Below, piece by piece: positions 46,849-61,736 of a DNA stretch of 64,000 nucleotides. Position 1 is the stretch's first letter, and each line of letters opens with the position of its first letter. A program made the position numbers and the translations under genes. This stretch comes from the human T2T-CHM13v2.0 reference genome, Homo sapiens: assembly GCF_009914755.1 (NCBI RefSeq), contig NC_060934.1; one strand, 5' to 3'. The notes below the pieces were generated by a model. That model worked only from the letters and a program-made list of their open reading frames with translations. It was not told the DNA's origin and searched no databases.

Positions 46849-49234
46849 GAGACAGGGTCTCGCTCTATCACCCAGGCTGGAGTGCAGAGTTGTGATCACA
46901 GCTCACTAAGGCCTCAAACTCCTGGCCTCATGTGATCCTCCCACCTTGGCCTCCCAAAGTGTTGGAATTGCAGGCGTGAGCCACTGCACCAGGTCCTTTT
47001 CTCATTTTTCTTATACTTTTGTCTTAATATTATATAAATTAAATAGAAGAAAATAGATACACAAAGCATTATTAATTTAAACAAAACCAATCCCTTTTAG
47101 CATTGTTATTTACAAGTGACTATAATGTTCTATTTGTGGCCTCAAAAATAGACATTTTTATTTTATTGATGGGAATAAAGCATTAGATACAGGACACATG
47201 AGTGAGAAATGGATTGGAAATTCTTATAGTATGCCACATATTGACTAATTTTGTAATATTAAAGACAATATTTTAAAAAAGGAAAAAAGTCACCCATCCC
47301 ATCTGCCTAAACATTGTACTGTTGTTAGTTTTGCATTTTTCCATGCCTACTTATAGCCATACTGCATACTTGCAATCATATTATGCATGTGCTATAGAAT
47401 TCTGGGGTAGAGGGAAGATATCTCCACTTACCGTTAATATAGCAAACATAGTTCCTTTATTACTGGACTTTTTGTGCTGAAGATGTAAAAACTGGAAGGA
47501 ATAAGGTAGTCTTCAGAAGTGATTACTTTGTAATTATACCCATCCTTTAAACTGGTTACATTGGATACATGTAATTTACGTAATGTTTTCAAAGTCCACA
47601 ATATTGCACCAATTTCTCTCTTATATTAGTTTTATTCTGGATCCATAAAAAATATACAGTGGAAAGTCCAATTTTCCAAGGTAATAATGTCTGTTAAAGT
47701 GTTGGAGGTTCTCAAAGAGGGCTCATATTCCCTTTTTGCTTTTCCCTACAGTGCCTGGCTTTCCTGAAAGCCTTGAAGAGGTTGATAATACTTGGGTATT
47801 GATAATAGTAGCATTGGTTACTCAAGAGCTAAATTTAAATCCAGCCTTTAGATAGATCACCCAGATACCTCAAGGTTGGGCCTTGCCTTGCTCATGTTTA
47901 TTCTGAACCTGAAGCAAACCCTTGGTAGGTGGTGTAGTCTATCCATGGAGAAACCTGTGGCCATACCTGTAGTTTGCTGCTGAACCTCTGCAAAAAACCT
48001 ACAGTGTTTACATTAAAACATGCTGCCATCTATGGAGAAGTCTTTAACAGTCAAGAGTAATGAAAAAGAAGGGACATAAAAAGAGTATTTAGTTTACTTA
48101 TTACATGCTCAATATCAGTAGCATACCAGGCACACCAGGAGAATAGAAGAAGCCTAAGATTTGTCCCTCTCCTCTAGTGTCTTAAAAGTCTTGCTCTGGA
48201 GGCAAAATATACCTATCCCAACAATAGAAGTAACAGTAGTACGTGAGTTCATTTGTGAGGTATATCCCAAGAGATTTGTTGATTATGCTTGTTAAACATA
48301 CCAAAGTTTGGGGATGATATAATTATAAAGCTAGACTGATTCCATTGTACTTTGAGTCATTTGTATCCTGAAATGTACCTTCTTGAGTGGGAGGGTTTGG
48401 GAATTATAGCCAGCCTTGGAAATCGCATGTGAATTGAGTAAAGGGTATCATGGACATGCATGTCATTTGTCATCTGTGTGGCAGTAAATAAAGAAATCAG
48501 AAATTGCTGAGAGAAGGCACAGAACTACGAAGATGAAATAAAGAGAATGACATTTCTGAGAAACAAGGCATCCGTTTCAGATGAACACTGGTCACTTCCT
48601 CGTAGTATGTCTCTGGAGTCTTCTGTCAACTATCTGTTTGATAAGTAAATGATATCTAATAAGGAGGAAGCAAGTATAATAAATTAATCCATGCCACAAA
48701 TGTTTTTTAAATGTGTGAAATCCAATTATTTTTATTGAGAATAAAGTCCTTTAATGATTTCGTATCACAATTCAAAAATATGGTAGAAATACGCAGCTCA
48801 AGTGGGATATGGAAATGGCATTTGGTTTTGACATAATATATTATTAACCCAAAGTAACTGAATCAAGACTCATAAATTAAGACCTTTCTCTTGAGTGTAA
48901 AATATAAGTTAACTGTAATGCCCAAATGTTTGTAGCACCTTTGACTTTGAAATTTAGAGATGAAGCATTATGGATTAGTTTCTCTGGTAACACTGTAACT
49001 AGAGGAAATCATAAATTCACATGTGTGAAACGAAGAAATAATAAGTATAAAAAACCCCTTAGAAGAATATTTTTAATCTAGCTATAAATAAGAAGTGACT
49101 CATCTATATGCTATGCAAATTTAAAGTAGGTAAATTTAGAATTTTTTTTTCTTTTTTTGCTTTTACAAAGCTTTATACTTTAGGAGGGGAAATGTAGTTA
49201 TACATGAACAGTTCAGAAAATGCCTCTTTCAGAG

Positions 49235-49412
49235 CTGCTGTGATGGAAATGTTCTGTGTCTGCACTATCCAATACAGTAGCCACTAGCCACACACAGCTA
49301 TTGAACATTTGAAAAGTGGCTAGTGCAATTAAAGAACTGAATATTGTATTTTATTTAACTTTACTTAATTTCAACTTAAATACCCACCTGTGCCTAGTGT
49401 CTGCCATATTGT
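49235..49412. mobile_element. MER3-like hAT MITE
   Basis: gatggaaatgttctg...gtagccactagccaca...gtggctagtg. Confidence 0.75.
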
Positions 49413-49615
49413 TAAGGGAAAGGACTTAAAGTCAAATGTAGAGTAGTAGATATGTCTTGCCAGATAGTTAATTCACTAATTGACTATCATTTTGTATTCA
49501 AGATTCTTTGGCTCTTACATGTTTCTAACTTGTTCTAGGAAGAGCCGTTACCAGTCCTGACTTAGCTTAGCTTTAAAACAATGTCATGTCTCTTTTACTT
49601 TAAAAAGTTGCCCTT

Positions 49616-50247
<632 letters not shown>

Positions 50248-50630
50248 AAAAGTTGCCCTAAATATTAAAGTTTAAGCCCCAAAGTGCTAGTTTTAGGAGA
50301 CATCAACATTATGGATGCTGTTTACTCTGAGGGTAAGCCCATCATACATCTTTTACATTTTAAAATTAAATATGATGCTGAAATGTTGAGGTTGAAATAT
50401 ACTGATGTCTCCAACTTACTTTGAAATGCATGAAAAAATAAAATGAATTCATGGATAGGTAGATGGTAGGTATGTGAGAAAGCAGATACCGCAAAATGTA
50501 AACAATATTGGGTGTTCATTGTACAATTCTTTCAGCTTTTCTGAAGTTATCTTAATAAAATGTTCAGGGATAGTTAAATGTAAGCATACTAAATATTTTT
50601 TCTTGGACCTATCACTTCTCTGTTAAATAG

Positions 50631-50778
50631 AGCCAAGGAGCAATAACTGAACGTTTAAGAAGCTTCAGTATGCATGATTTAACAACTATCCAAGGTGATG
50701 AGCCTGTGGGACAAAGACCATACCAACCTCTACCAGAAGCAAAAAAGAAAAGTAAACCAGCCCCCAGTGAATCAGCAG
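50631..50778 (+). CDS. REEP3: REEP3 coding exon 6 (148 nt): SQGAITERLRSFSMHDLTTIQGDEPVGQRPYQPLPEAKKKSKPAPSESA(G)
   Basis: aaatag|AGC CAA GGA ... TCA GCA G|gtgtgc. RLRSFSM is conserved in REEP1-4. Overlaps ORF-track entry 50670..50900. Confidence 0.95.
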
Positions 50779-50811
50779 GTGTGCTTGTGTGTTTTAATAT
50801 ACGGTTCTTTT

Positions 50812-51028
50812 ACATGGAAACAGGGAGGGGAACAACATACACTGGGGCCTGTCGGGGGGTGGGGCACAAGGAGAGGGAGAGCATTAGGACAAATACCTAA
50901 TGCATACGGGGCTTAAAACCTAGATGATGGGTTGGTAGATGCAGCAAACCACCATGGCACATGTATACCTGTGTAACAAACCTGCGCATTCTGCACGTGT
51001 ATCCTGGAACTTCCAGTAAAATTAAAAT
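50812..51028 (+). mobile_element. L1PA7/8-like 3' end immediately after exon 6
   Basis: agggaggggaacaacatacactggggcctgtc...gcattaggacaaatacctaatgc...gcagcaaaccaccatggcac. Confidence 0.88.
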
Positions 51029-51213
51029 ATATATATATACACGTATATATATGATTATTTCATAATTGGGCTTGTGGATAGTAAAATAATACATGATACA
51101 TGATAACTATCTGAATTTAGGTAGACAAAATTTACTTCTAAGCTTATATTTTTTACTTTTACATTTAATCATAGTTCTTTTTCTCTGAATTTTCTCTAAA
51201 TTAGTACTTGCTA

Positions 51214-51530
<317 letters not shown>

Positions 51531-52244
51531 TTAGTACTTGCCTTTTGCTGATTCTGGAGATCATCTAGCTAACAAAGTAGCCTCTTTTGCTGCCATGAAT
51601 TTTAGAAGCTGTAGGTGTGGTTACCAACACCTTCTCACCACCAGCACTAGTTCTAACCTGTAATCAATACTCTTTCTACTCGAACTGTGCACTGACATCT
51701 AAGAAGTTTTATAGTTGAACACTCTTTACTGTAAGTGCTGTGGACAAATAAGGATATTGACTCACAGATTAAAAGTTTTAAGCACGTGATAAAAGATGAC
51801 TCAATTTGAAAATAAGATTACTCCCATGGAAAATGTGTTAAAATTACATATTCTAGTTCAAGAGCTAGCTTGTAGGCATATTCTAGTATAAATTATGAAC
51901 ATGTCATAGTTAATATATTCTAAAACTTTAAAAAACTATCATGATCTTAGAAACATACATATAAATTAGACACGGTTCCTTAGTCATTTTATCACATATA
52001 ATAAGAAAGTTTTAATTCAAAGGCAAGGCTGAAAACAAAGATTTTCAAGACATTCCTTATTAATGTGTTAAGTCCATAAGGCACAGGGCTATTTTACTTT
52101 TTATTAAAAAAAGAAGTTTTCTTTTGAGAGAGATTGAAAATCATCTTTATAATTAAAATCAATTTGAAAAATAAAAATTAAAAAAACTGTTCCTTCTTAA
52201 AAAAGGAAAAATATCTCTGCAAAAAAAATTTTTTTTTTTTTTTT

Positions 52245-52415
52245 ATTAGCTGAGTATGGTGGTATTCACCGAGGTACTTGGGAGGCAGGTGGGAAAATCA
52301 CTTGAGCCCAGGAAGTTGAGGCTGCAATGAGCCATGATCACACCACTGCACTCTAGCCTAGGTGACAGAGGAACACCCTTTCTCAGAAAAAAAAAAAGAA
52401 AAAGAAAAAGAAAAA
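52245..52415 (+). mobile_element. Alu right monomer (AluJ/FRAM)
   Basis: ttagctgag...cccaggaagttgaggctgca..., with A-rich tail. Confidence 0.75.
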
Positions 52416-52599
52416 ATAATGAGCTTTCTTCCAAGAATGAATACCTTTACAAGTTGTGACTATTATCTAAGAGGTAATGATCAAGCATTGGCCATTGATT
52501 AAGGTAGTGATGCCTTTGAGAGAGAGGAACCATCAGTCTTAATAGTACATTAATAATGTAAAAGTAGTTCCTAATGTAGACATTTCCTTTTTTATTTTT

Positions 52600-52921
52600 A
52601 TTTTTTTGTTTGTTTTTGTTGTTAATTTATTTATTTTGAGACAGGGTCTCACTCTGTCACCCAGGCTGGAGTGCGGTGGTACGATCTTGGCTCACTGCAG
52701 CTTTGACCTCCCAGTTTCAAGTGATTCTGTGTCAGCCTTCCGAGAAGCTGGGACTACAGGTGTGCACCACCATGCCCTGCTAATTTTTCCATTTTTTGTA
52801 GAGACGGGGCTTCACCATGTTACCCAGACTGGCCTCAAACTCCTGGGCTCAAGCAGTCTGTGTGTCTTGGCCTCCCAGAGTGCTGTGTGGGATTACAGGC
52901 ATGTGCCACACTGCCTGGCCT
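52600..52921 (-). mobile_element. AluJ
   Basis: Antisense diverged dimer. Confidence 0.85.
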
Positions 52922-52953
52922 TGGCATTTCTTAATATGCATTTAAAATTAGGT

Positions 52954-53249
52954 GGTCAGTCACAGTGGCTCACACCTGTAATCCCAGAACTTTGGGAGGC
53001 CGAGGCAGGCAGATTCCCTGAGGTTAGGAGTTCGAGACCAGCCTGGCCAACATGGCGAAACCCTGTCTCCACCAAAAATACAAAAATTAGCCAGGTGTGG
53101 TGGTGTATGCCTGCATTCCCAGCTACCCAGGAGGCTGAGGCAAGAGAATCACTTGAACCCAGGAGGCAAAGGCTGCAGTGAGCCGAGATTGCGCCACTGT
53201 AGTCCAGCCTGGGTGACAGAGAGAGACTCCATCTCAAAAAAAAAAAAAA
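52954..53249 (+). mobile_element. AluS
   Basis: Full dimer; TSD aaaattaggt. Confidence 0.88.
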
Positions 53250-53429
53250 TTAGGTATATTGATTTTGATTGGAGTCTGCTACATATATTATATTTTGCTG
53301 ATTTAGACCAGCTATCTTAGACCAGAGTCCTTTATTAGCAGTTTATTCATAATCATACCCAAGGATTGGCTAAGAATTATATTCTAATTAGGTAAATAAA
53401 AACACGTTTATAAATATGAAAATTTGTAA

Positions 53430-53754
<325 letters not shown>

Positions 53755-53929
53755 ACCTACCAAATTTTATATCTATGACTGAAATATCTTAAAATATTGA
53801 CCTGCTGTTTAGTTCTTAAATTTCAAATCATGAAATTAAATAAGTTTTATAAAAATATGAAGTATGTGGTAGCAGTATAAGAAAGATATTTGTTCAGTTA
53901 TGAAAGGTACTTGTTCAGAGTATAAATTC

Positions 53930-55660
53930 TGCCCAGTTTCCAATTTTTCTACAGAATGGTATGTATTCTGAGCCTTTCTTCCCTAAGGAAAAACTTTCAT
54001 CAAAACTTTCTCTCTTGACCGTATTTTTAACAAAGCAGTATGGTTCTAGGACCGGAATAGGTGAAGAGAAGTTAAAAATAGATTGTCTAGATAGACACAA
54101 ACCCAGGTGTACATGGAAATTTATCAAATGAGAAAGACTGTCTTTCAAATTGGTGGAGGAAAGACAGATTATTTAATAAGTGATGCTAGGATAACTGTTA
54201 GACTGCTAGAAGGTGGAGTAGAGAATGAAGTTATATCTCTGCCTCAAATCTTAGATTAAAATAAATTCTTAAAAGATTAAGATTTAAGTATAAAAAAATT
54301 AAACTATATAATAGGAAGTCCCTGTGAATATTTTTATAATCTTCAGATAGATAAAATTTCTTAAGCATGATATCAAAACCAGAAAACATAATGGAATAGT
54401 TTTTGAGATTTTCCTGCATAAAAAATACATAAAACTATAATACAGGGGGAAAAAAACATAAAAAAGACAAACTACAAACTGTCAGAAATATTCCCATTAT
54501 ATGTTATAGGCAAAGGGTTCAGATTCAACAATCCAGTAACCCTTACAAACCAATTATTGTCAATGCTATCAAAGAATACAACTGTCAAGAAATATATGAA
54601 AGAGATTCTCAACCTCAGATAATCAAAAAATAGTAATAATAATAATTTTCGTTTGCCAGATTGGCCAAAAAAAAATGTTTTTAATTAACAGTGCTCTGTG
54701 TTGGGAACTGTTTCAGTTATCTAGTTATCTATTGCTGCATAATAAGCCACCCCAAAACAGCGGCTTGAAACAATCATGGTCATTTATTTTGCTCACAGAT
54801 CTGGGGGTGACTGGACTTGGCAAAGCAGTTCTTGCTCAGGGTCTCCTGCAGCTGTGGTCTGACAGCAGCTGGGCTAGAGTCATAATCTCAAAGAGAGCTC
54901 ACACATCTGCTGTCTGAGCTGAAAAGAGTCAAGCAGCTGCTGGCTAGAATGGTTGGAGCCTCTCAGCCATCTCCCTCTATGTTCTCTCCATGTGGTCTCT
55001 AAGGGTGGTTGGACTTCTTACCTGGCAGCTGAAGGCTCCCAGGCCAGTGTGCCGAGAGAAACTTGCAGAAGTCCTAGAAGCAGCATCACTTCCATCACAT
55101 ATTTTGTGGCGATTTGTTGAGGCAAGTACAAAGGCCTCTGAGATGTTAAGGGAAGGGAAGAGGAGTGTCAGAGAATCTGTAGACATGTTTTAAAACCACA
55201 CAGCAAGCCTGTTGAGAAATACTCTTAGGCACTTTTTATGAGTTTAAAATGGAATAATCCTTTTGGATGACAATCTGGCAGTAATCATCATAATTTATTC
55301 CCTTTAGCTCAGCAAGAAACTTTTAAGAATATGTCATAAGGAAATAATCAGACAAGTGTTCAAAGATGTATTTACAAGAATGTTCATCTCGTTGTTTATA
55401 ATAACAAATATTGGAATGAACCAAATGCCTAGGAGAAATGATTAAGCAAAAGGTGGTTTATTAGCTGTGAAACATAACAATGTCAGTCTATACTTAATGA
55501 TATGAAAACATATCCAGATTGTAGGGAAAAAAAATAATAAGTAGATGATGAAATGGATTAATATACCTAATTTTTTAAATGTATATACATAAGAGAAAGT
55601 TTGGAAGGGTATTACTAAAATGGTAACAGTGTTTAGCCCTGAGTAGTGAGCTTTTTCGTT
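53930..55660 (+). mobile_element. Ancient L1 (L1ME-like) ORF2 3' remnant, interrupted by a MaLR LTR
   Basis: Decayed L1 motifs (gattatttaataagtgatgctagg, cttttggatgacaatctggcag, acaagaatgttcatc). Confidence 0.6.
54708..55202 (-). mobile_element. MaLR LTR (MLT1F/G/H-like)
   Basis: ttatctattgctgcataataagccaccccaaaacagcggcttgaaacaa ... gacatgttttaaaaccaca. Confidence 0.75.
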
Positions 55661-55991
55661 TGTTGTTGTTGTTTAAATTAACCTATTAATCTTAAAATCA
55701 GAAGTAAATCAGCCATACTCTTCATTTTGAAAAAATAAGGTATTCATTTTCGGGTTTTAAGTTAAACAGAAAATGTTTTTTTTGTTTTTGTTTTTGTTTT
55801 TGTTTTTTAATATATTAATGGAGATGGGATATCAGTATGTTGCCCACCTCTGCTTCCCAAAGTGCTAAGATTACAGGCATGAGTCACCAAGCCCAGCCAG
55901 AAAATGTATATTTTAATGAAAATATTTGACTTGATTCTAGTGTCTCTTCTCTCTTTGATTCAAGGGTTGGTTTAATAAATTGCTAAATTAA

Positions 55992-56290
<299 letters not shown>

Positions 56291-56329
56291 AAACTTGTGG
56301 ATTTCATTTCCCAATAAATTCTAAATTTG

Positions 56330-56945
56330 GCTCCTTGCTCTGTCCTCACTCTCTGTGGACTCTGTCATTTCTGACCTGCTATACTACAGTAACCTCCCCA
56401 CTTACGCTCCCTTCCCTCAGCCTTATCCATTTCTGATTCATTTTCCAAAGCGCAAGAAGAATATTTTACAAAACCCAACTCTAATCATGTTACTCTTCTG
56501 CTTAAAACATTTCAATACTCTCCCCGAGCCTCCAGAGGCTTCATTTTTCTCTGACGAAGTCCAAACTAGATAGCATGGTGTATTAACTCCCCAGCCTTGT
56601 TCTCCCACTCCATCAAGTGCTAGCCATACAGAATCATGACTCTTTGAGGATTTAGCTTAGCCACCACCTCCTACAAGGCCTTCTCTCATAACCCACCCTT
56701 TCCAACCCACCCCATGCTGATTACATTCTCTTACTGTATGCCCTCTGGCACCTTGTCATTAGCTTATAGTATTTATTACAGTATCATAATGCCCATTACC
56801 GTCTGTTTCCCCTATTGGACTCTAAATTTTTTGAGGGTAGAAAAAGACAGCTGTGTCTTTTTCATCCTTGTATCCTCATAATTCAGCACACTGCCTCATT
56901 CATAATAGAATTTTAAAAATACTTGTGGAGTAATGAATCAATCCA
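56330..56945 (+). mobile_element. L2 3' region
   Basis: tcatgttactcttctgcttaaaac...ttgagggtag...cagcacactgcct...taatgaatcaat. Confidence 0.6.
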
Positions 56946-57859
56946 TCACTTTTCCTGAAGCTATAATTAGATAGCTAATAAGATTTTTTTTAGCTGGAAT
57001 TAGGAAAAAAGAAAAGAATAAGATGTATAATCAGCTTTTGAATGAAATTCCAATTCCTAATCATACAAAATGAGAGGCAATTAAAATAGCAAGGACTGGG
57101 TTTGTTGAACTGTGCTCTTATGCTACATTTGTGGCCTTAGAGAAATTGTTTATCACAGTTACTTCCTTTCTGACTTTTTCCTTGATTCCTCATTCTGTTT
57201 TACCATATTAGGATCAGGAATACTATATAAGCAAACATCAATAGGAAAAAAAATCTAGAAATGACAACCTAAACCTGAAGCCTGGTTTATTTTTCTCAAT
57301 TATAAAATAAACATTTTTTTAAAATAAGAATTTGGCAAGTAAAAAAAGAAAAAATGAAAAAATTTAAAATCACCTGAAAGCTCACTTCCATGAGATATAA
57401 TCCTTTCATTTATGTTTTTCCTTTGTTTGTTTCTATATGTACATTTTTTTTTTCCACACTTAATATTGCTTCAGGAGCTTTTTTCCAGGACCACTGATCC
57501 ATCCCCTTCCTTGCCACACTGGCCTCCTTGCAGTTCTTCCAAGCAATCCCCAAGCCCTAGCTACTCTCCTCACTGCCTCTGTGCATGCTGTTTCTTCCAC
57601 CCGGAACACACACACTTCCTTGGACCACTGCAAGAAAACAAAGGATCTTGGCCTAAATAAGGACTGATTCCACTTCCAAATCTCCTCTGACTTCTAGCCT
57701 AGAAGTCTAAGAACATAAAATTATACCTGACTAATATACAATGCAAGTTGCTTATGTTATTATGAGAGTAACAAGCTTATTAACAACTCTTTGTAGTTTG
57801 CTTAGTGTTTCTCAAATTATTCGTGTCTTAGAAGAGCAGACCAATAAACATGTATTCAA

Positions 57860-58941
<1,082 letters not shown>

Positions 58942-59044
58942 TCTTCATGGGGATTTCTAATCTCACCCCTTTCTTTATAACCTACTTAGTACTCTGGTTG
59001 TCTGAGACTTGGGCCCCTGTCTTGCTGTCTCCAGCATCCTCAGG

Positions 59045-59223
59045 CAGTGGTTCTCAAAGTGTGGACCACAGACCATGAGCACAAGCATTACCTGGGAACT
59101 TGTCAGAAATGCAGATTCTCAGCCCCACCTCAAATCTGCTGAATCAGAAATTCTGGGGTTGTCAGAACTTGTATTAACAGGTTCTCAAGGTAACTCTGAC
59201 GTGCTCAAGTTTGAGAACCTCAG
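59045..59223. mobile_element. MER5A
   Basis: cagtggttctcaaagtgtgg...agaaatgcagattctcagccccacc...tttgagaacc. Confidence 0.85.
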
Positions 59224-60049
59224 CTTCAGGGTTGGAAGAGTTTTCGTCCTTGAGGCCAAGCCTCAAGATGCTCTCAGACTTCCTGACTGTGTGGATGTTT
59301 GCATATTGGCCCGTAGTAAGTCTTTATAGTTACACATAACAGCCTTCTAGCATACTCGCGTGATCTCTCACTGATCTGCCTGATTCTATTTTCTTTGACT
59401 AGTATCTGTCACACAGTCTGTGGTACTTCTAATTACTGCAGCCTACCTGGCTGGGTTTTATCTCAGCAACTGCAATAGCAGCTAACATCCCCATCCTCAT
59501 CACCTGCCCCCAGTGACCTTATTTTGCCCAAAGTTCTAGCCCCCTGGGGTCTTCCTCAATGCCTTAAGTAAACCCTACCATTCCCAGTCTTGACAAAAGA
59601 TACGACACATAGAACGGAAAAGCCTTAATTCCTAATTCAAGGCAAAAGTGCAAATGACAGACTAAAACACAAATGCTTGGATTGAATTCATGAAGAGGAG
59701 GAAAGGTGGGAAGAGACTTTTTGCTCTATATCTATTTATATTCTTGAATTTTTTAACAAGATGGTGTGTTACCTACTCAAAAATAAATTATTTTATAATT
59801 ATTTTTAAAAATGCATAGTAAAAATAAGAATGATCAGGGAAAATTTCCTGGAGGAAATGAGTTATGAGTTTCACCTGGAATAGTGCGAGGCAAAGCTTAA
59901 TGATAAAGGGCATGGAGCACATTCCAGATGCAAAAAGAGTAACTGGGGGAAATGCAAACCATACAAAGAACTGTACACAGATGGGTCAAAGAGCCGGCGC
60001 TGACTGGTGTCCTTTTACCAAAACATGCTGTTTTTGACAACTTGTTTAG

Positions 60050-60195
60050 GTTATGGAATTCCACTGAAAGACGGAGATGAGAAAACAGATGAAGAAGCAG
60101 AGGGGCCATATTCAGATAATGAGATGTTAACACACAAAGGGCTTCGAAGATCGCAAAGCATGAAATCTGTGAAAACCACCAAAGGCCGCAAAGAG
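60050..60195 (+). CDS. REEP3: REEP3 coding exon 7 (146 nt): (G)YGIPLKDGDEKTDEEAEGPYSDNEMLTHKGLRRSQSMKSVKTTKGRKE
   Basis: tgtttag|GT TAT GGA ... AAA GAG|gttggt. Its phase-1 start matches the end of exon 6. Lies within ORF-track entry 60007..60204. Confidence 0.95.
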
Positions 60196-60314
60196 GTTGG
60201 TTAAGTGTAGAGCTGTTTTCCTAATGATTAGTGAAGGATTTCCCTGCTGTGTTATCATTTAGGATATTAATGATCCATAAATGAAGGATTGGAATGGTAG
60301 AACAGCAGTTTGAT

Positions 60315-60628
60315 TTTTTTTTTTTTTTTTTTTTTTTTTTAGTTTTTGGGGATAGAGCTTTTTTGCTTTGTCAACCAAATTGGAGTGCAGTGTGGCGTAA
60401 TCACAGTTCACTCAAACTCCTGGGCTCAAGCAGTCCTCCCACCTCAATCTCCCAAGTAGCTGGAACTACAGGCACATGCCACCGCACCTGGCTAATTTTT
60501 TCATTTTTTGTAGAGACAGGGTTTCACCATGTTGCCCAGGCTGGTCTTGAACACCTGGCCTCAAGCAATCCTCTCGCCTCCGCCTCTCGAAGTGCTGGGA
60601 TTCCAGGCATGAGCCACCTCACCTGGCC
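60315..60628 (-). mobile_element. AluJ in intron 7
   Basis: Long T tail and antisense dimer; TSD cagcagttt. Confidence 0.82.
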
Positions 60629-61227
60629 AGCAGTTTATATTTAAAATTCTTTATTCAGATCAATGTATCAGGATATCAGGAAATTTTGAAAATGGTAAAC
60701 TCTTAATCTTCTGCTATACGTAGAAAATGGCATTCTCATTTAGCAAATCACATAGTTCAAATACCCAGTCCCAGCCCTATGCATAAACAAAGAAAGCAAT
60801 GAATAAAATTAACCACACAGTTTTGCTTTCAACTAATGCTACATGAAGATTAAATAGTAAACAGTTAACCATAATAACATATTGTCTTTATACCCAGAAA
60901 GCAGTGGAGGACTGTGAATGGCCTCTGATCATTATAATCAATGTTCATTGACATTGTACTAAGCAAAACATAAATAATAGGATTAATGTTTTTATGTAAC
61001 ATTAATGTTTTTATGTTATTAGTAATAATCTGTAACATATATCTAAATATTACCAACTACATTTTTTATGAGTTTATAAGTAGTGCTGTCTTATATACAT
61101 TTATTAAGAGAATTCATTCTTTATATCAAAAAGGTAAAAAAATTACTATGATTATGAACTATTAAATCTGATGTAATTTTTTAAAGTAATCATCTAATTC
61201 TTAATAATAAAACATTTCTCTCTTCAG

Positions 61228-61284
61228 GTGCGGTACGGGTCACTAAAATACAAAGTGAAGAAACGACCACAAGTGTATTTTTAG
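61228..61284 (+). CDS. REEP3: REEP3 terminal coding exon 8: VRYGSLKYKVKKRPQVYF*
   Basis: ttctctcttcag|GTG CGG TAC ... TAT TTT TAG. Exon lengths sum to 736 nt; with 32 nt from exon 1 this gives 768 nt, or 255 aa plus stop. Confidence 0.94.
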   Translation: MRYGSLKYKVKKRPQVYF

Positions 61285-61730
61285 TCATCTACACGTCAAA
61301 TATCCCAAGACAGATTATGCTAAATACATCGACTTCATCTTCTAACATGATATATTCAGGATTTACACATTAAAATGATTATTTAAATTGTGGCAGTGAT
61401 GGGGTTTACTTTCATGAATTTAAATTGTTTTTATTTCTGTAACAATTGCTTCCAAATATTGACTACTAAAGGCAGTTCTGCAAGATGTACTAAATATGTA
61501 TATTAGAAATTATAGAAAATCATGTTGTCCGTTTTCAAATTCATCAACAGCCTAGAGTGCCTGAGATATAAGATGAAACACAAATCCACAGTATACTTGA
61601 AAGGAGCCTTTTTACGGTTCAGGATAAATCAGCCTTTGTGATGTACTGTGTTTACCTCCTTTTGTGTTGTATCTGGTAATTAAATAGGCCTCAGATTCAG
61701 CAGTGACATAACAAGGACATAATGTAAGAT

Positions 61731-61736
61731 AATAAA
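61731..61736 (+). terminator. Candidate proximal polyadenylation signal (AATAAA)
   Basis: AATAAA about 450 nt after the stop, followed by T-rich sequence (gttttatatattctttaaatttttactt). Confidence 0.45.

Noticed and set aside
52606-53181. Longest ORF in the track (191 aa), and similar ones at 15747..16241 and 41858..42340
   Set aside because: They are translations of Alu sequence ([27 protein letters not shown] motifs), not genes.
60981-61020. Short 19-bp tandem duplication (attaatgtttttatgt..), and 9-12 bp ones near 41694 and 58560
   Set aside because: Low-complexity slippage products common in AT-rich introns, with no functional cue.
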